From positions 111,786,001 through 111,850,000 of the forward strand of contig OZ024742.1 of assembly GCA_964016885.1 (NCBI GenBank): a stretch of DNA of 64,000 bases, read 5' to 3'. A program made the translations under genes and the position numbers. Under the pieces are notes generated by a model that worked only from the letters and a program-made list of their open reading frames with translations, had not been told where the DNA came from and did no database searches. This DNA comes from Eledone cirrhosa (lineage: Eukaryota). Positions 41,501 to 59,569 of the stretch are shown in pieces. The stretch's first letter is position 1. Each line of letters opens with the position of its first letter.

Positions 41501-42600
41501 AATTTTTCAAAATACATTAAAAAATATAATATAAATATTTACCTCTTCTAGTGGCCCTTACTGATCAGTTTCGCTTTGTAAAACCTCATAAATCCGATGG
41601 ATTTATGATGGAAAACCAAAGCTCATCAGAGAAGCATTTTCCCTTCCTAGGGCTAAACGTCCCAGGAACGACAAAATATACAACCTCCTGCCAGCTAATA
41701 AAGGTCTGAAAGGTCGTAAAATTGACCCGTATGTAAACTGGACCGAAGTAAAAGCGGGAAAATCAAAGACTTGCTGTCTACAATTACTACTAAAAAAATA
41801 GCAGCCAAGTAGAGCAACAGATTTGTTCTCAACGGACGGAGAAAAAGGTAGAAGTTAATATGTCCAGGGATACTAGGTACCCCTAGAAATACATAGGTTG
41901 TCTATGATTCAAGGTTGTTCAATGGTGTTAATTTGATACACCAGAACTTTAATATTAAGATAAGCAGAACAAGTAAAATTCAATCAATTTTTCAAAATAC
42001 ATTAAAAAATATAATATAAATATTTACCTCTTCTAGTGGCCCTTACTGATCAGTTTCGCTTTGTAAAACCTCATAAATCCGATGGATTTATGATGGAAAA
42101 CCAAAGCTCATCAGAGAAGCATTTTCCCTTCCTAGGGCTAAACGTCCCAGGAACGACAAAATATACAACCTCCTGCCAGCTAATAAAGGTCTGAAAGGTC
42201 GTAAAATTGACCCGTATGTAAACTGGACCGAAGTAAAAGCGGGAAAATCAAAGACTTGCTGTCTACAATTACTACTAAAAAAATAGCAGCCAAGTAGAGC
42301 AACAGATTTGTTCTCAACGGACGGAGAAAAAGGTAGAAGTTAATATGTCCAGAGATACTAGGTACCCCTAGAAATACATAGGTTGTCTATGATTCAAGGT
42401 TGTTCAATGGTGTTAATTTGATACACCAGAACTTTAATATTAAGATAAGCAGAACAAGTAAAATTCAATCAATTTTTCAAAATACATTAAAAAATATAAT
42501 ATAAATATTTACCTCTTCTAGTGACCATTGAACAACCTTGAATCATAGACAACCTATGTATTTCTAGGGGCACCTAGTATCCCTGGACATATTAACTTCT
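38560..42600 (-). repeat. 485-bp tandem array (8 units + 85 bp) with a 77-bp inverted end, retrozyme-like
   Basis: attaagataagcagaac recurs at 38561, 39046, 39531, 40016, 40501, 40984, 41469, 41954 and 42439. 42524-42600 is an inverted monomer piece. (TA)n on both flanks. Confidence 0.97.
38646..38727 (-). ncRNA. Type I hammerhead ribozyme, first of 8 copies (about every 485 bp)
   Basis: Minus strand reads gcttct-CUGAUGA-gctttg..tcataaatcc atc ggatttatga..caaagc-GAAA-ctgatcag-UA-agggc: long stem II, palindromic stem III, GUA triplet; stem I is imperfect. Confidence 0.85.
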
Positions 42601-42626
42601 ATATATATATATATACATATATATAT

Positions 42627-42657
<31 letters not shown>

Positions 42658-42688
42658 TACATATATATATACATATATATATATATAC

Positions 42689-42774
<86 letters not shown>

Positions 42775-42798
42775 GTATATATATATATATATATATAT

Positions 42799-48520
<5,722 letters not shown>

Positions 48521-48943
48521 ATATAACGCTATGATCTTTGTTACCACCCAATATATATATATATTACGAGTTTAGGATCCGTTAAGCTGAAACAATTGTT
48601 CTGGTTATGGTGAACTAAATGTTGTGTTACCAATGTTACCTAACTCGTCCCATGGACTGAGTGCTCTACCACTGCGGATATTACCTTCCGGTTTTCTACT
48701 CCTCTCTCTCTCTTTCTCTCTCTCTCGCTCTCTCTCTCTCTATATATATATATAACAAAGGAATTGTGGTAAGAAACCAGATGGACCATAACGCACCAGA
48801 ATACTCAATACTTAAGCCAGTAGAGTGGGAAATAGGAAAAAGTATGACCCTGATGGCAGAGCTCAAGCCGTTTCGACGGCTGGACTGAAATAGCCGTCGA
48901 AACGGCTTGAGCTCTGACGTCGGGGTCATACTTTTTCCTATAG

Positions 48944-48970
<27 letters not shown>

Positions 48971-48974
<4 letters not shown>

Positions 48975-50098
48975 GTTGTAACAAAAGATCATAGCGTTTT
49001 TTAAGTGAGATCCATTACCAATATTTATTTAGCTGTACATATCAATATTCAACAACATATTATTTTCCATTTTGTTCTACCTCAAACGTTGGCGAGCTTT
49101 GAGTCAACTGCATGAACCCATCCACCCACAACCTGCATATTTCTCGGTCATGAACTGCTCCAGGTGGCTTTTTACAGTCTTGTAGATCTTCTAAGTTCTT
49201 TCCATTAGGGCAATTTCTACAGATAGGAATAGATGATAATCCGAAGGAGCAAAGTCTGGCGAATACGATGCTTGTTTCATGAAATAACAGCAAAAATCTA
49301 CCAATTACTACCGGGTCTACCAACAAACGTGTGATCCTGAATAGCTGTCGTATATGCCACACCCTTACGGTTTGTCAATTCTGGAGGTCTTTCCTCACTT
49401 ACCTCATTTAATTATTCTAATTGAGAAAAATAATAATTTAATTTAACGTCTGATTTGATGGCAGGAGCTCATAATTTGAATATCCTTCAAGTCCTACCAC
49501 TGTGCGGGGTTTAAAATTGTTGAAGAAGACTCATTTTGCTTTCTCCTCGTTCTTTTACGATCCACATGTTTGTAAATAATCCAGTTTTCATCACCAGTGA
49601 TCATTCTTTTCAAGTGTATTTGTTTCCTTTGAGCAGGGAATCACAGATGTAAATGCATTCTATTATATCTTTCAGTTAAATTATGAGGTACCCAAATATC
49701 ATAGCGATTCACGTATCCAAGTGCTAACGAATACCTTGTAACACTCATATGAGATATGTGAAGTATTGCTGCAATGTCTGGCGTTGGTTTACCGAATCTC
49801 GATTTCATTATTATCAACGACCATAAACCTGCTTGAACGTGCTCGGTTTCTAGGTCAAAATATCCGGCTCAAAACCTAGCGAACCACTTGCGAACAGTAA
49901 TGTCAATTAGGATATCACCTCCGTAAAGAGCAAATATTTTTCGTTGTATGAGCTGCATACTTTTACTTTTACTTACTAGAAATAAAAGAGTCTCGAATGA
50001 TTAAAATGCATCTCATTTCCATCTATTTTCAATTTTATTATAAAAAAAAACAGAAGTAAATAATCACACAACATAGAAAAACGCATTGAGGTTTCTAA
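48971..50098 (-). mobile_element. Decayed mariner (DD34D-type) transposon
   Basis: Minus-strand WVPHNL (about 49690), ITGDENWI (about 49595) and YSPDFAPSDYHLF (about 49250); TIR ttgggttgtaacaaaagatcatagcgtt at 48971. Confidence 0.85.
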
Positions 50099-51057
50099 TA
50101 TATATATATATATATATATTAAGACAGGGGGAAGAAAGAAATGGCTTCACTTGTGCTTTCAACAAATTTATTTTCTTCACAAAATCCCAAAATAATTTTT
50201 TTCCGGATTAGAAAAAAAAAAAAAAAAAATGTATAAATTGAGTCGTTGGTTGTTGGTTAGGTCTTAGGAGTTCTTGGTTAACGTAGGAGGTATTGTTTCG
50301 TTTTTAGAAAGACCTTTCACGCTGAGGTGCGCTTGTCAAACTGATGTGTATCTATATATATTTATATATAACTGATGTATATATAGGGATTTAACATGTG
50401 TGTCGTGCGGTGGGGGTTTTTTTTCTCCCCCTTTAATAAGTGTAGGGGTGTAGGTGTGTTGAAAGAATGTTAATAGCAGTAATGAGTTGAGACAGTGAGT
50501 AGGGTTGGGTGGGAAGAAATGTCTGAAATGAAGCAGATATACTAACGTTTAATGTTAGGAGCAGAGATACATATATTAAAATATTGATTAATTATTAAAA
50601 TCATTAATCACATTGTCTGACGAACAGATAGGTTAACCAAAGTACTAAACATAACCACTGTTAGAACGCAAAGAGAGCTCTGCTAATTTATAATTAAACA
50701 ATTTTCTGCAGGAAATTTACAAAAAGAGCAAGGCGGACTTTAAGATCTAACAATGGCTATATTTAGCACGTTTCTTAACCTATTTTCAGACAATATGATT
50801 AATGATTTCACGTATTAATCAATATTTGGATATTATAATATATTTATATATATATACATATATACGTATATATAACAATGGAAGTGTGGTAAGGAACCAG
50901 GTGGACCATAACGGAGCAGAGTACTCAATACTTAGGGTAGTAGAGTGGGTAATAGGAAAATATTCAAGACTCCGACGGCAGAGCTCACGCCGTTTCGAGG
51001 CTATTTCTGGACGTCCATATACATATATATATATATATATAAATATATACACACACA

Positions 51058-51399
<342 letters not shown>

Positions 51400-51407
51400 T
51401 CTATCTA

Positions 51408-51460
<53 letters not shown>

Positions 51461-52013
51461 ATCTGTGTCTATGTGTGTGTGTGAATGCCGTATTAAAACG
51501 AATTTCGCTAGCATTTCGACTGGTAGTCTATAATCCAGAACTACATATTACATGCTTAGCGCGGTGGCGTCGGAAGCGGCACACGCTCATAGCAATATAT
51601 GAGATGTTAAATATGCGAATTCTAACAGAATTCTATTGTAAAGCATATGTGTACCGTCTGGAAAAGTGCTGCACTAGCACTGGACTGCTTCATTCTTCAT
51701 CTACGAGGGAAAAACCGAGTAAACCTCTATGGAATGTAAACTCAAAAGCAAAGACCCAGACAAAATTTCCAACGATCTAAATATTCCCTCTCTAAGAGTG
51801 TCACATCTGATGTCCTCTTCTATTTTTCATAGTGATAGACAGTTATTAACGCTATTTTGGTGTAATATTTTAAATATATATATATGTATATATAAATACA
51901 TACTTATATGCATGCATACATACGGAGGCTCACAGACATACACGCATATACCAACACACGTACACGCACACATCCACACGCACACACACACACACATTAC
52001 ACATCACACACAC

Positions 52014-52047
<34 letters not shown>

Positions 52048-52214
52048 CATATATATATATATGTAAAAACAATGAGCTATATGCTTTATTGATGAATATT
52101 CAACAGAATTACCTTCATAACATATATGAAGCACTCTACAAGTAAAAAATTATCTGGAGCATTATAATACCAGATAGAAAAATGCGTACAGCAAAAAAAA
52201 GTAATATTGTTGGA

Positions 52215-52350
52215 ATATAAACCTTTAAAAATACAGGACAAGAAACTAAAATAAAACTTTAAACGAATAGGACAAGAAACTAAGATAACACTTTAATAGA
52301 ATGGGACAGGAAACTAAGATAAAACTTTAAAGAATTGGACAAGAAATAAA
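52215..52350. repeat. Minisatellite, ~34-bp unit, about 4 copies
   Basis: ggacaagaaactaa(a/g)ataaaactttaa..gaat repeated. Confidence 0.75.
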
Positions 52351-53255
52351 CAATGATACAATAATATTAGTGGCAACATTTTTATTGGTAAAAAATCGAG
52401 TTCCACATTCATAGGCTCTGGGTTCCACATTCAGAGGTCGTCGTCAGACCGGGGGATCATTTGATCCTGGTTTGAACACCAATTGGGCCATAACCATACC
52501 CCTATTTCATCATTCGGCGACACGCCTCATATGTCATTCATAATGTCAATGGACCCATGGGCTCATGAGCACAGATCTTGAGCAGCAGCGGACGGTCTTG
52601 TCGTCCCGCTCATCCTTGATCTTGACCAACCCGTCCATCTCTCCTTGCATCTTGTCATTGAGTTCAAGTCCGGCAGTCCAGATGAATGCGTGCCACAGCT
52701 TTCTGGTACAGGAAGGGGGAGCAGGAGGACTGGAGGGATGATGGGACAGAGGGAGGGAGGATCGGTGGTTGGGGGAGGTGCCGTAGTCGGTGGTCAGAGT
52801 CGACATCTTGTCCCGGTCGTCTTCTTCATCTTCGTCTGGTGTTGCGGGACCAGAAGTGCATTCTTGGAGGAGACCTGCAGCTGCATCGGCCAATTCTTCT
52901 TGCAATGGTCATTCTGACAGAGCAGAACTGCTCAGCCAACCAACCCCAACCAGAACCAACCGCTCAGGGACAACGCATTCCTTACGAATGCATTTCCAAC
53001 TATGCTGAAATGGTCCAGTCATTAGAATAAATAATTAAAATAATACAAACAGTCCTCCTGTATAGTCAGCTTGATAGACGATATAGAAAAGTTAGATGAC
53101 CATGCCTCAGGTACGAAGTCAAGATGAATAGTTTTCTGTCAGCAACTGATATAACTTATGAGACATTTGAGCAAGTGGCCTTGGAACGGAAAGAATAATG
53201 TTCTGTGTATCATAATGGGATCTGTATAACACATTTGTATGTGACACACAGTCTT

Positions 53256-53618
53256 GTTTTATCCATCGGCTACAAGCAGCAAGAGAGTGGGGGAAAGCAT
53301 TACCAAAGGTACAAGCAACATTGCTCAGCAATCCTTACTCCTTCACAATGTGTGAACTTGCTACCAAATCCTTGGCAGTTCTACCCGATATAAACATACT
53401 ACCCGATATAAACATCCTACCCGATATAAACATCCAAGTTTTATCCATCGGCTACAAGCAGCAAGAGAGTGGGGGAAAGCATTACCAAAGGTACAAGCAA
53501 CATTGCTCAGCAATCCTTACTCCTTCACAATGTGTGAACTTGCTACCAAATCCTTGGCAGTTCTACCCGATATAAACATACTACCCGATATAAACATCCT
53601 ACCCGATATAAACATCCA
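53256..53618. repeat. 182-bp tandem duplication, each unit ending in three 18-bp subrepeats
   Basis: gttttatccatcggctacaagc at 53256 and 53438; ctacccgatataaacat(a/c) x3 per unit. Confidence 0.92.
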
Positions 53619-53864
53619 AACTAAATGAAGTAAATAAGCAGACTGAACGGATTATTGCGATTCGGGTTAAATGTCGTTGACAATATATTTGATGATCCTA
53701 TTGAATATCAGCCTGGATAGGTTTTTTTTTTACCAGTAACTGACAGGTGATATCCCACAATGGTTATCACACACATTCATATTCCCTTTGTTCTCCATAA
53801 GAACAAAGGGAGTAGCGTCCGGTCACTTCTCATCTCTCTCTCTGTATATATATATCTATATATC

Positions 53865-53895
<31 letters not shown>

Positions 53896-54043
53896 CTACA
53901 AATATTAATAAGATAGATGTTCTTTTGATCAATTACATTTTATCATACATATTTTAGAGGTACAACAGTACGTCCTCATCAGACAAAATATAATGATACA
54001 TGACATACCCTGAGATATTAAATGGTTAACGCAGAGTCATTAG

Positions 54044-54097
<54 letters not shown>

Positions 54098-55290
54098 ATT
54101 TATCGTTATACATTAATATTTATTATATTATATATATGTGTGTGTATATATGTTTATATATATGTGAGTGTGTGTTTGTGTGATTGTGTATGTATCTAAA
54201 AGTGTATAGATTTGTGTGCATGTTAATAATATAGATATTTCACTAGAATAATAATCATAATCAATTTTAGTTTCCAAATCGTTTCATTGACGGGGATACA
54301 TTTGCTTAACTTGATACAAATATTGAAAAATATTACATGTACGTGTAAAATATTCTAAGAAATAGTTAATAGCTACATTTTTTTTACTTCAAATTATGAA
54401 CTAAGTATTTGCTTTAAATCTTGAACGAATATATGTACTTCATCAGATGTTAGCCAAATGGAGTTTATGTATATGCTGATATTCATATAGAAATGAAATG
54501 GATGATTGATTCTGAGATATGTGAACAACGTTCAGTGTGTAAGAATTTAGCGTGATTGTATTAAAAACGTATTCTGTAAATAAACATATTGGCGACTGCA
54601 TTTCGAAATTAATTCCGATTAATTTTCCTTTAAAATAACTATTTGTTTCCGTATGGACCATTCTAGCTATGCACAATATATATATTTATATTTCCGTTAT
54701 GTCCAGTAACTTTTATGCCATTTATGATTGAGTCAGGTCGAATTATAGCTTTTAATGAGCTATACATTTTTGGTAAACACTGATCCATTTACATCTCCAT
54801 CTTCCTAAAAATAACATTTACGATGCTAAAAACGTCTCTGTACCCTATTCTCAAACAATTTGATGTATATGTATAATGAGGGGGAATATATTTTTTACCC
54901 GATATACAGCAGCCCTTCCAAGACACATTCCATTCAGGTAGCCAAACCTGTGTTTACAATGACAAAAAGACTGAGTGTTCATTACGATTGTACTGATGAT
55001 TGTATAATTATATTTCTATTAGTAGGTCAGCATGAATTTCTTCATATACTTAAAATTGTAATTGTATTCAAATTTGCATTTTTATGTTAGTGCTTATGTT
55101 TGTATATGCATTTACCTTAGTGCCTACGTTTGCGGAAGCGACTCTATGTACGCTACTCTTTTGTGTGCAACAGTAACATTATTTGAAATATTTTAGTTAG
55201 TGTTTGTATGAATATATGTATATTCATGTTTGACTTCTTATAAATGCATGTATGTGTGTAAATGACTATATATGCATGCATATATATGCA

Positions 55291-55383
<93 letters not shown>

Positions 55384-55387
55384 AGAG

Positions 55388-55422
<35 letters not shown>

Positions 55423-55791
55423 GAGATAGCTAGAAATATATATATATATAGAGAGAGAGAGAGGGCGAGAGAGATTGAGAGAGGAAGTGAGATGCATGTG
55501 CGTATGTGTCTGTCCGTGTGCAATTGTATACACAAAGGTGGTGTTAGTGATAAGTAGGTATGTGCACATATATGTGTACATATCTACAGTTGTAGCCTCG
55601 TGAGTTTCTGGGTGAATAGGAATATGTAGTAGCTATTATAAATGCAGTATATTCTAATTATTCTAGTTTATCACTGTGTTAGGTGTAGCCAGTATATAAG
55701 ATGTATATAATATGTGATATGAATAATGATTTCTACTTGTGTAATCAGAGGCAATCCGCGTATCTCTCAGTAGCCACAGGGTATACTTTAC

Positions 55792-55844
<53 letters not shown>

Positions 55845-55955
55845 TGTTTCTACTATTGGCACAACGCCAGCAATAACCCAGTACATTACTGGTACTTTAT
55901 TTTATCGACCCCGTAAGGATGAAAGGCAAAGTTAACCTCGGCGGGATTTGAACTC

Positions 55956-55956
<1 letters not shown>
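55845..55956 (-). mobile_element. tRNA-derived SINE, 5'-truncated, in (AAT)n
   Basis: Matches the 3' part of the 25621-25806 SINE. Confidence 0.85.
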
Positions 55957-56003
<47 letters not shown>

Positions 56004-56249
56004 CTTTCTTTATTAAACACAAGGGTTTACATAAAGTAGACCTTAAGGACAGTACAGGACAATACAGGACGGTACAAATGAGCATTTCTGCGTGTAAAAA
56101 ACAAAAACGGGATGTAACAAAAAAATAACAATGAAAAATTCCCCAACACGAGGGAAACTTCGGAGTGACATTCGTGGAGAAAGCCCATTAAAAGACCACA
56201 GTGACCCTGGCCACCAGGTTAAGTGCCCTCTCCCAGTTTTCCACCTTTA

Positions 56250-59200
56250 ATTTACAGACACACACTCAGAGTAGGCCCATTCACTCGGGCCATTCTAGCC
56301 TCTCTCACCCATCTTTCCATAAAATGCTGGGATGAGAGCACTTCCCTCTCTACCCTGATTTTCCTATTCAAATGAAACTTGAAAAAGTTAATCAGGGCAT
56401 CACCGAAGTGGTAAGTGCTCGTCTTCAGCCCTTTCATACGTGTCCCCCATACTATCTCTTTCGCCATGGCCACAGACAGATGAAAACTGCCTGACCTTCC
56501 CGGCTAAAGGAAGAGGGCGGGGCAATCCTCACGATGGACTCAGCTGAAAGCTGGATCCGTCCTACACACGACAGCAGGTGTTCGACATAAACCCACAAGT
56601 CAGCAATACTCGGAGGAGTGCGTGCAGGACGGTTTCGTCGCCCTGCGCGCATCTCAGACATGCCCGGCTGACGGCACATCCATGCCTGTAGAGTTTATTC
56701 CGAACTGGCAAAGACCATCGGTATAATTGCCAAGCCAGGGATTTCTGGAAGTTGTCCATAGGCCCCGGCCCGAAAGTTATTCAGAAGAGATAGGCTAGTT
56801 GATTTTCGTCGACGCCTAGAGTTTCCCCAAGTACGTCGTGGCTCTTCCCCTACACTAATCCTCTATAGAAGCCAAGGTTGAGTTTCCACCGATCACATTG
56901 CCCGATTGGTCGAGGGCTGTGAGCGCCTGAAGACATTCCAGTCTCCAAGCGCTCCCTCTCGTTCTTCGCTTGACCCAGGACTGCAGCACCGTCAAGGAGA
57001 CGTGCTGGGGAAAGACGCGTCTAGCAAACGGCGACCACACCTGATCACCGTCGAGGAAGAGGTGGAGATGTCGCAGCCTGAGCGTGTGTCTGCACATCAT
57101 CAGCCACGGCATGCCCAGCCATCCACGTAGCGGGTGTTGACAGCAGATGGACCGCCTAACCGTCGGAGCACGTCCCTTCCACAAAAAGCGAAAGAGCTAA
57201 TGCTCCAGCGCAGTCACGCAGGGCTTAGGATAAGGTCCGCGATGTACGCGTTAGCCACCTTCGCTCGACCTTTCAGGGACAGCTTCCTCTCCGCCCATTT
57301 CTGGGTGAGAGAAGCCACCCTGCTCGTCACCTCGTCCCAGTTTTTGTCCGTCTGGAGGTCCGGACCGAACCAGACCCCTAGCAATTTAACCCGGCCGTCT
57401 GTCCAGCGCCCGACAACGCTGTTGGACGGCATAGACCTGCCTCTCCAAGTGCCGAGCTGCAGGCCCACTGACTTTTCCTGGTTGATATTGCTCCTGTCAC
57501 AGCTTCGTATTCCCTTAGTATAGTGCCGATCGCCTCGATGTGTTTGGCGTTCGACACCACTACGGTGACATCGTCCGCATATACTGACACGGATATTCCG
57601 CATCCTAGTTCACGCAGGACCGTCTCCATTTTGTGCAGTAATGGCTCGAGAGTCAATACGTACAAGAGGGACGAGAGGGGACATCCTTGGCGGACCGAGC
57701 GCATGATGTTGAACGGTTCCGAAAGGTGACCGTTCACTCTCACCACAGAGCAGATGTCGCTGTACATGGCAGCGATCCAGCCTCTGAAGACGGGCCCTAA
57801 GCCAGCCACGAACAGGACTGCCGCCACATAACGATGGTCGACGCTATCGAAAGCTTTCAACTGATCTAAAATGATCAAGGGCCCACCCATACCAGGTTCC
57901 CTAGCTACCCTCTCCACAATGTATCGCATGAGGTGCAGGTTGTCGTGGATGGATCTGTCTGGAATGGCGTATGTCTGCGTCTCTCCCACAAGCGCCAACC
58001 TCTTTGATAGCACCTTGTCCAACATCTTCTCTGTGTTTAGCAGAGTTATGGGCCTGAGATTATCTATCATATCTCCCTTGTTCGGATCCTTTCTCAGCAG
58101 CGCCACAGCTCCTCGGCTCGCAGAGCTGGGAATTCTCCTGTTCTGTTGCCAGTTGCAGTAGACGTCCGCCAATAGGCCCTGCGGAGAAGTCTGGCATCTG
58201 TACGTAAAGTTCATAGAGCAGACCATCCAAACCAGGCGATTTACCACTTGTGCAGCCAGTCATTTCCTCCCGTAATTCAGCGGCTGTTATCGGCTTTTCG
58301 CAACACTCCGTCTCAGTGGCCGACAGCCGCGGCAGTCCGTCGAGGTAGACTATAAAGTCCATCCCTCGATCCAGCCCGCCGCTGCCCCCGAACAGCTGAG
58401 TGAAGAGTCGCTGAAAAGCTTCACACATTTTTCCGGGATCGAGTATCATGCGCCCATCGTGGTCCACCAAAGACGGGATCGTGGCTTTGTTGCCACGACG
58501 CGCCTCCGCCACTCGGGATCATTGAACGGCTTTCGTCCCCTCGTGTCTGAGAGCACCCACTATAGCTCTTACAACGCAGCCTCCGTGCTTTGCATTGAAG
58601 AATTGGTCAAGGGCCAATTTCGCCGCAAGTACGTCGGTCGCGATGCCTTTACTAACCGCCTCGTCTAATTTTCTAACTAGTTCTCCCATGCTCTATTTTT
58701 CTCTATTGCTACAGCCTAATGGACTCTATTCTAATCGCCCTTTTCAGAGAAAACCGCCATTTGTTGTTGACGATGGCCCCCGTCAACGCCCGCTTAACTA
58801 GTTCGCTAATCCGCTCTCTGTAGGCTTGCCCGCTTTTAACGACGTGTTTAGATTCCAGTAACAGGGTCCCTGTCTATGAAGCCTATCTAAGTCAATCTCA
58901 CAGACCACGAATTGGTGGTCCGTGTAGTCTACTATTTTGAAATGTAGACAGCCTATGCTAGACCTACAAAATACCCTATCTAGATATGATCTGGATAACC
59001 CGATGCAGTTTGTCAATGTCCACAATGGCACATTTGGGAAATCCAGACGGTACCTGTCAGACAGTTGAAACCGTCTGAGCAGGTTTGCGAGGCTTTTACA
59101 CCCTCCTCACCTATCAGCTAATCCCACACAGTCCCAGCCTGCATCTAACATCCTGTTCCAGTCGCCCACTAACATTAAAGAGCGGGACATTCCAAGAAAG

Positions 59201-59563
59201 GTCTCCAGACGCCGGAAGAAATCAGGCCGCCCTGCTCCTGTTGGGGCATAGGCAGTAACTAGCCTGAAAGCTTGCCCGTATCCACTGGTCACGTCCAGCA
59301 CCACCAACTTACCGTATGGCGAGATCCAAGCCTCTCCGAAAAACCACTGCAACTTCTCCCCCCGATTCTGGACGGCTGGGAGATGCGTATACATCGTAAC
59401 CGCCGCCGAAGATCGGTGCGAAGGCTCGTGCTTCGGAGATTCTGGTCACGCTGATGGCCACCACATTTATGTTTAGTGACCTGAGGTCGTTGAGCAGGTG
59501 GCCCTTCTTCCATGACGACCCCAGGTCCCGCGCATTTATGCTGCCTATTCTGAGTAAGGTCAT
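56250..59563 (-). pseudogene. Tx1/L1 ORF2 (APE + RT + C-terminal zinc finger), many frameshifts
   Basis: IGSINAR, AYAPT, VGDWN, YLDRVF, TDH, KSPGLDG, LRPITLLN, LDQLKAFDSV, VRQGCPLS, YADD, KLLGVWF, CLRC..ETVLHAL. Confidence 0.9.
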
Positions 59564-59569
59564 GTTGAA

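Noticed and set aside
50610-50690. CTGACGA followed by an acag/ctgt stem
   Set aside because: GAAA is missing and stem I is absent; too degraded to call.
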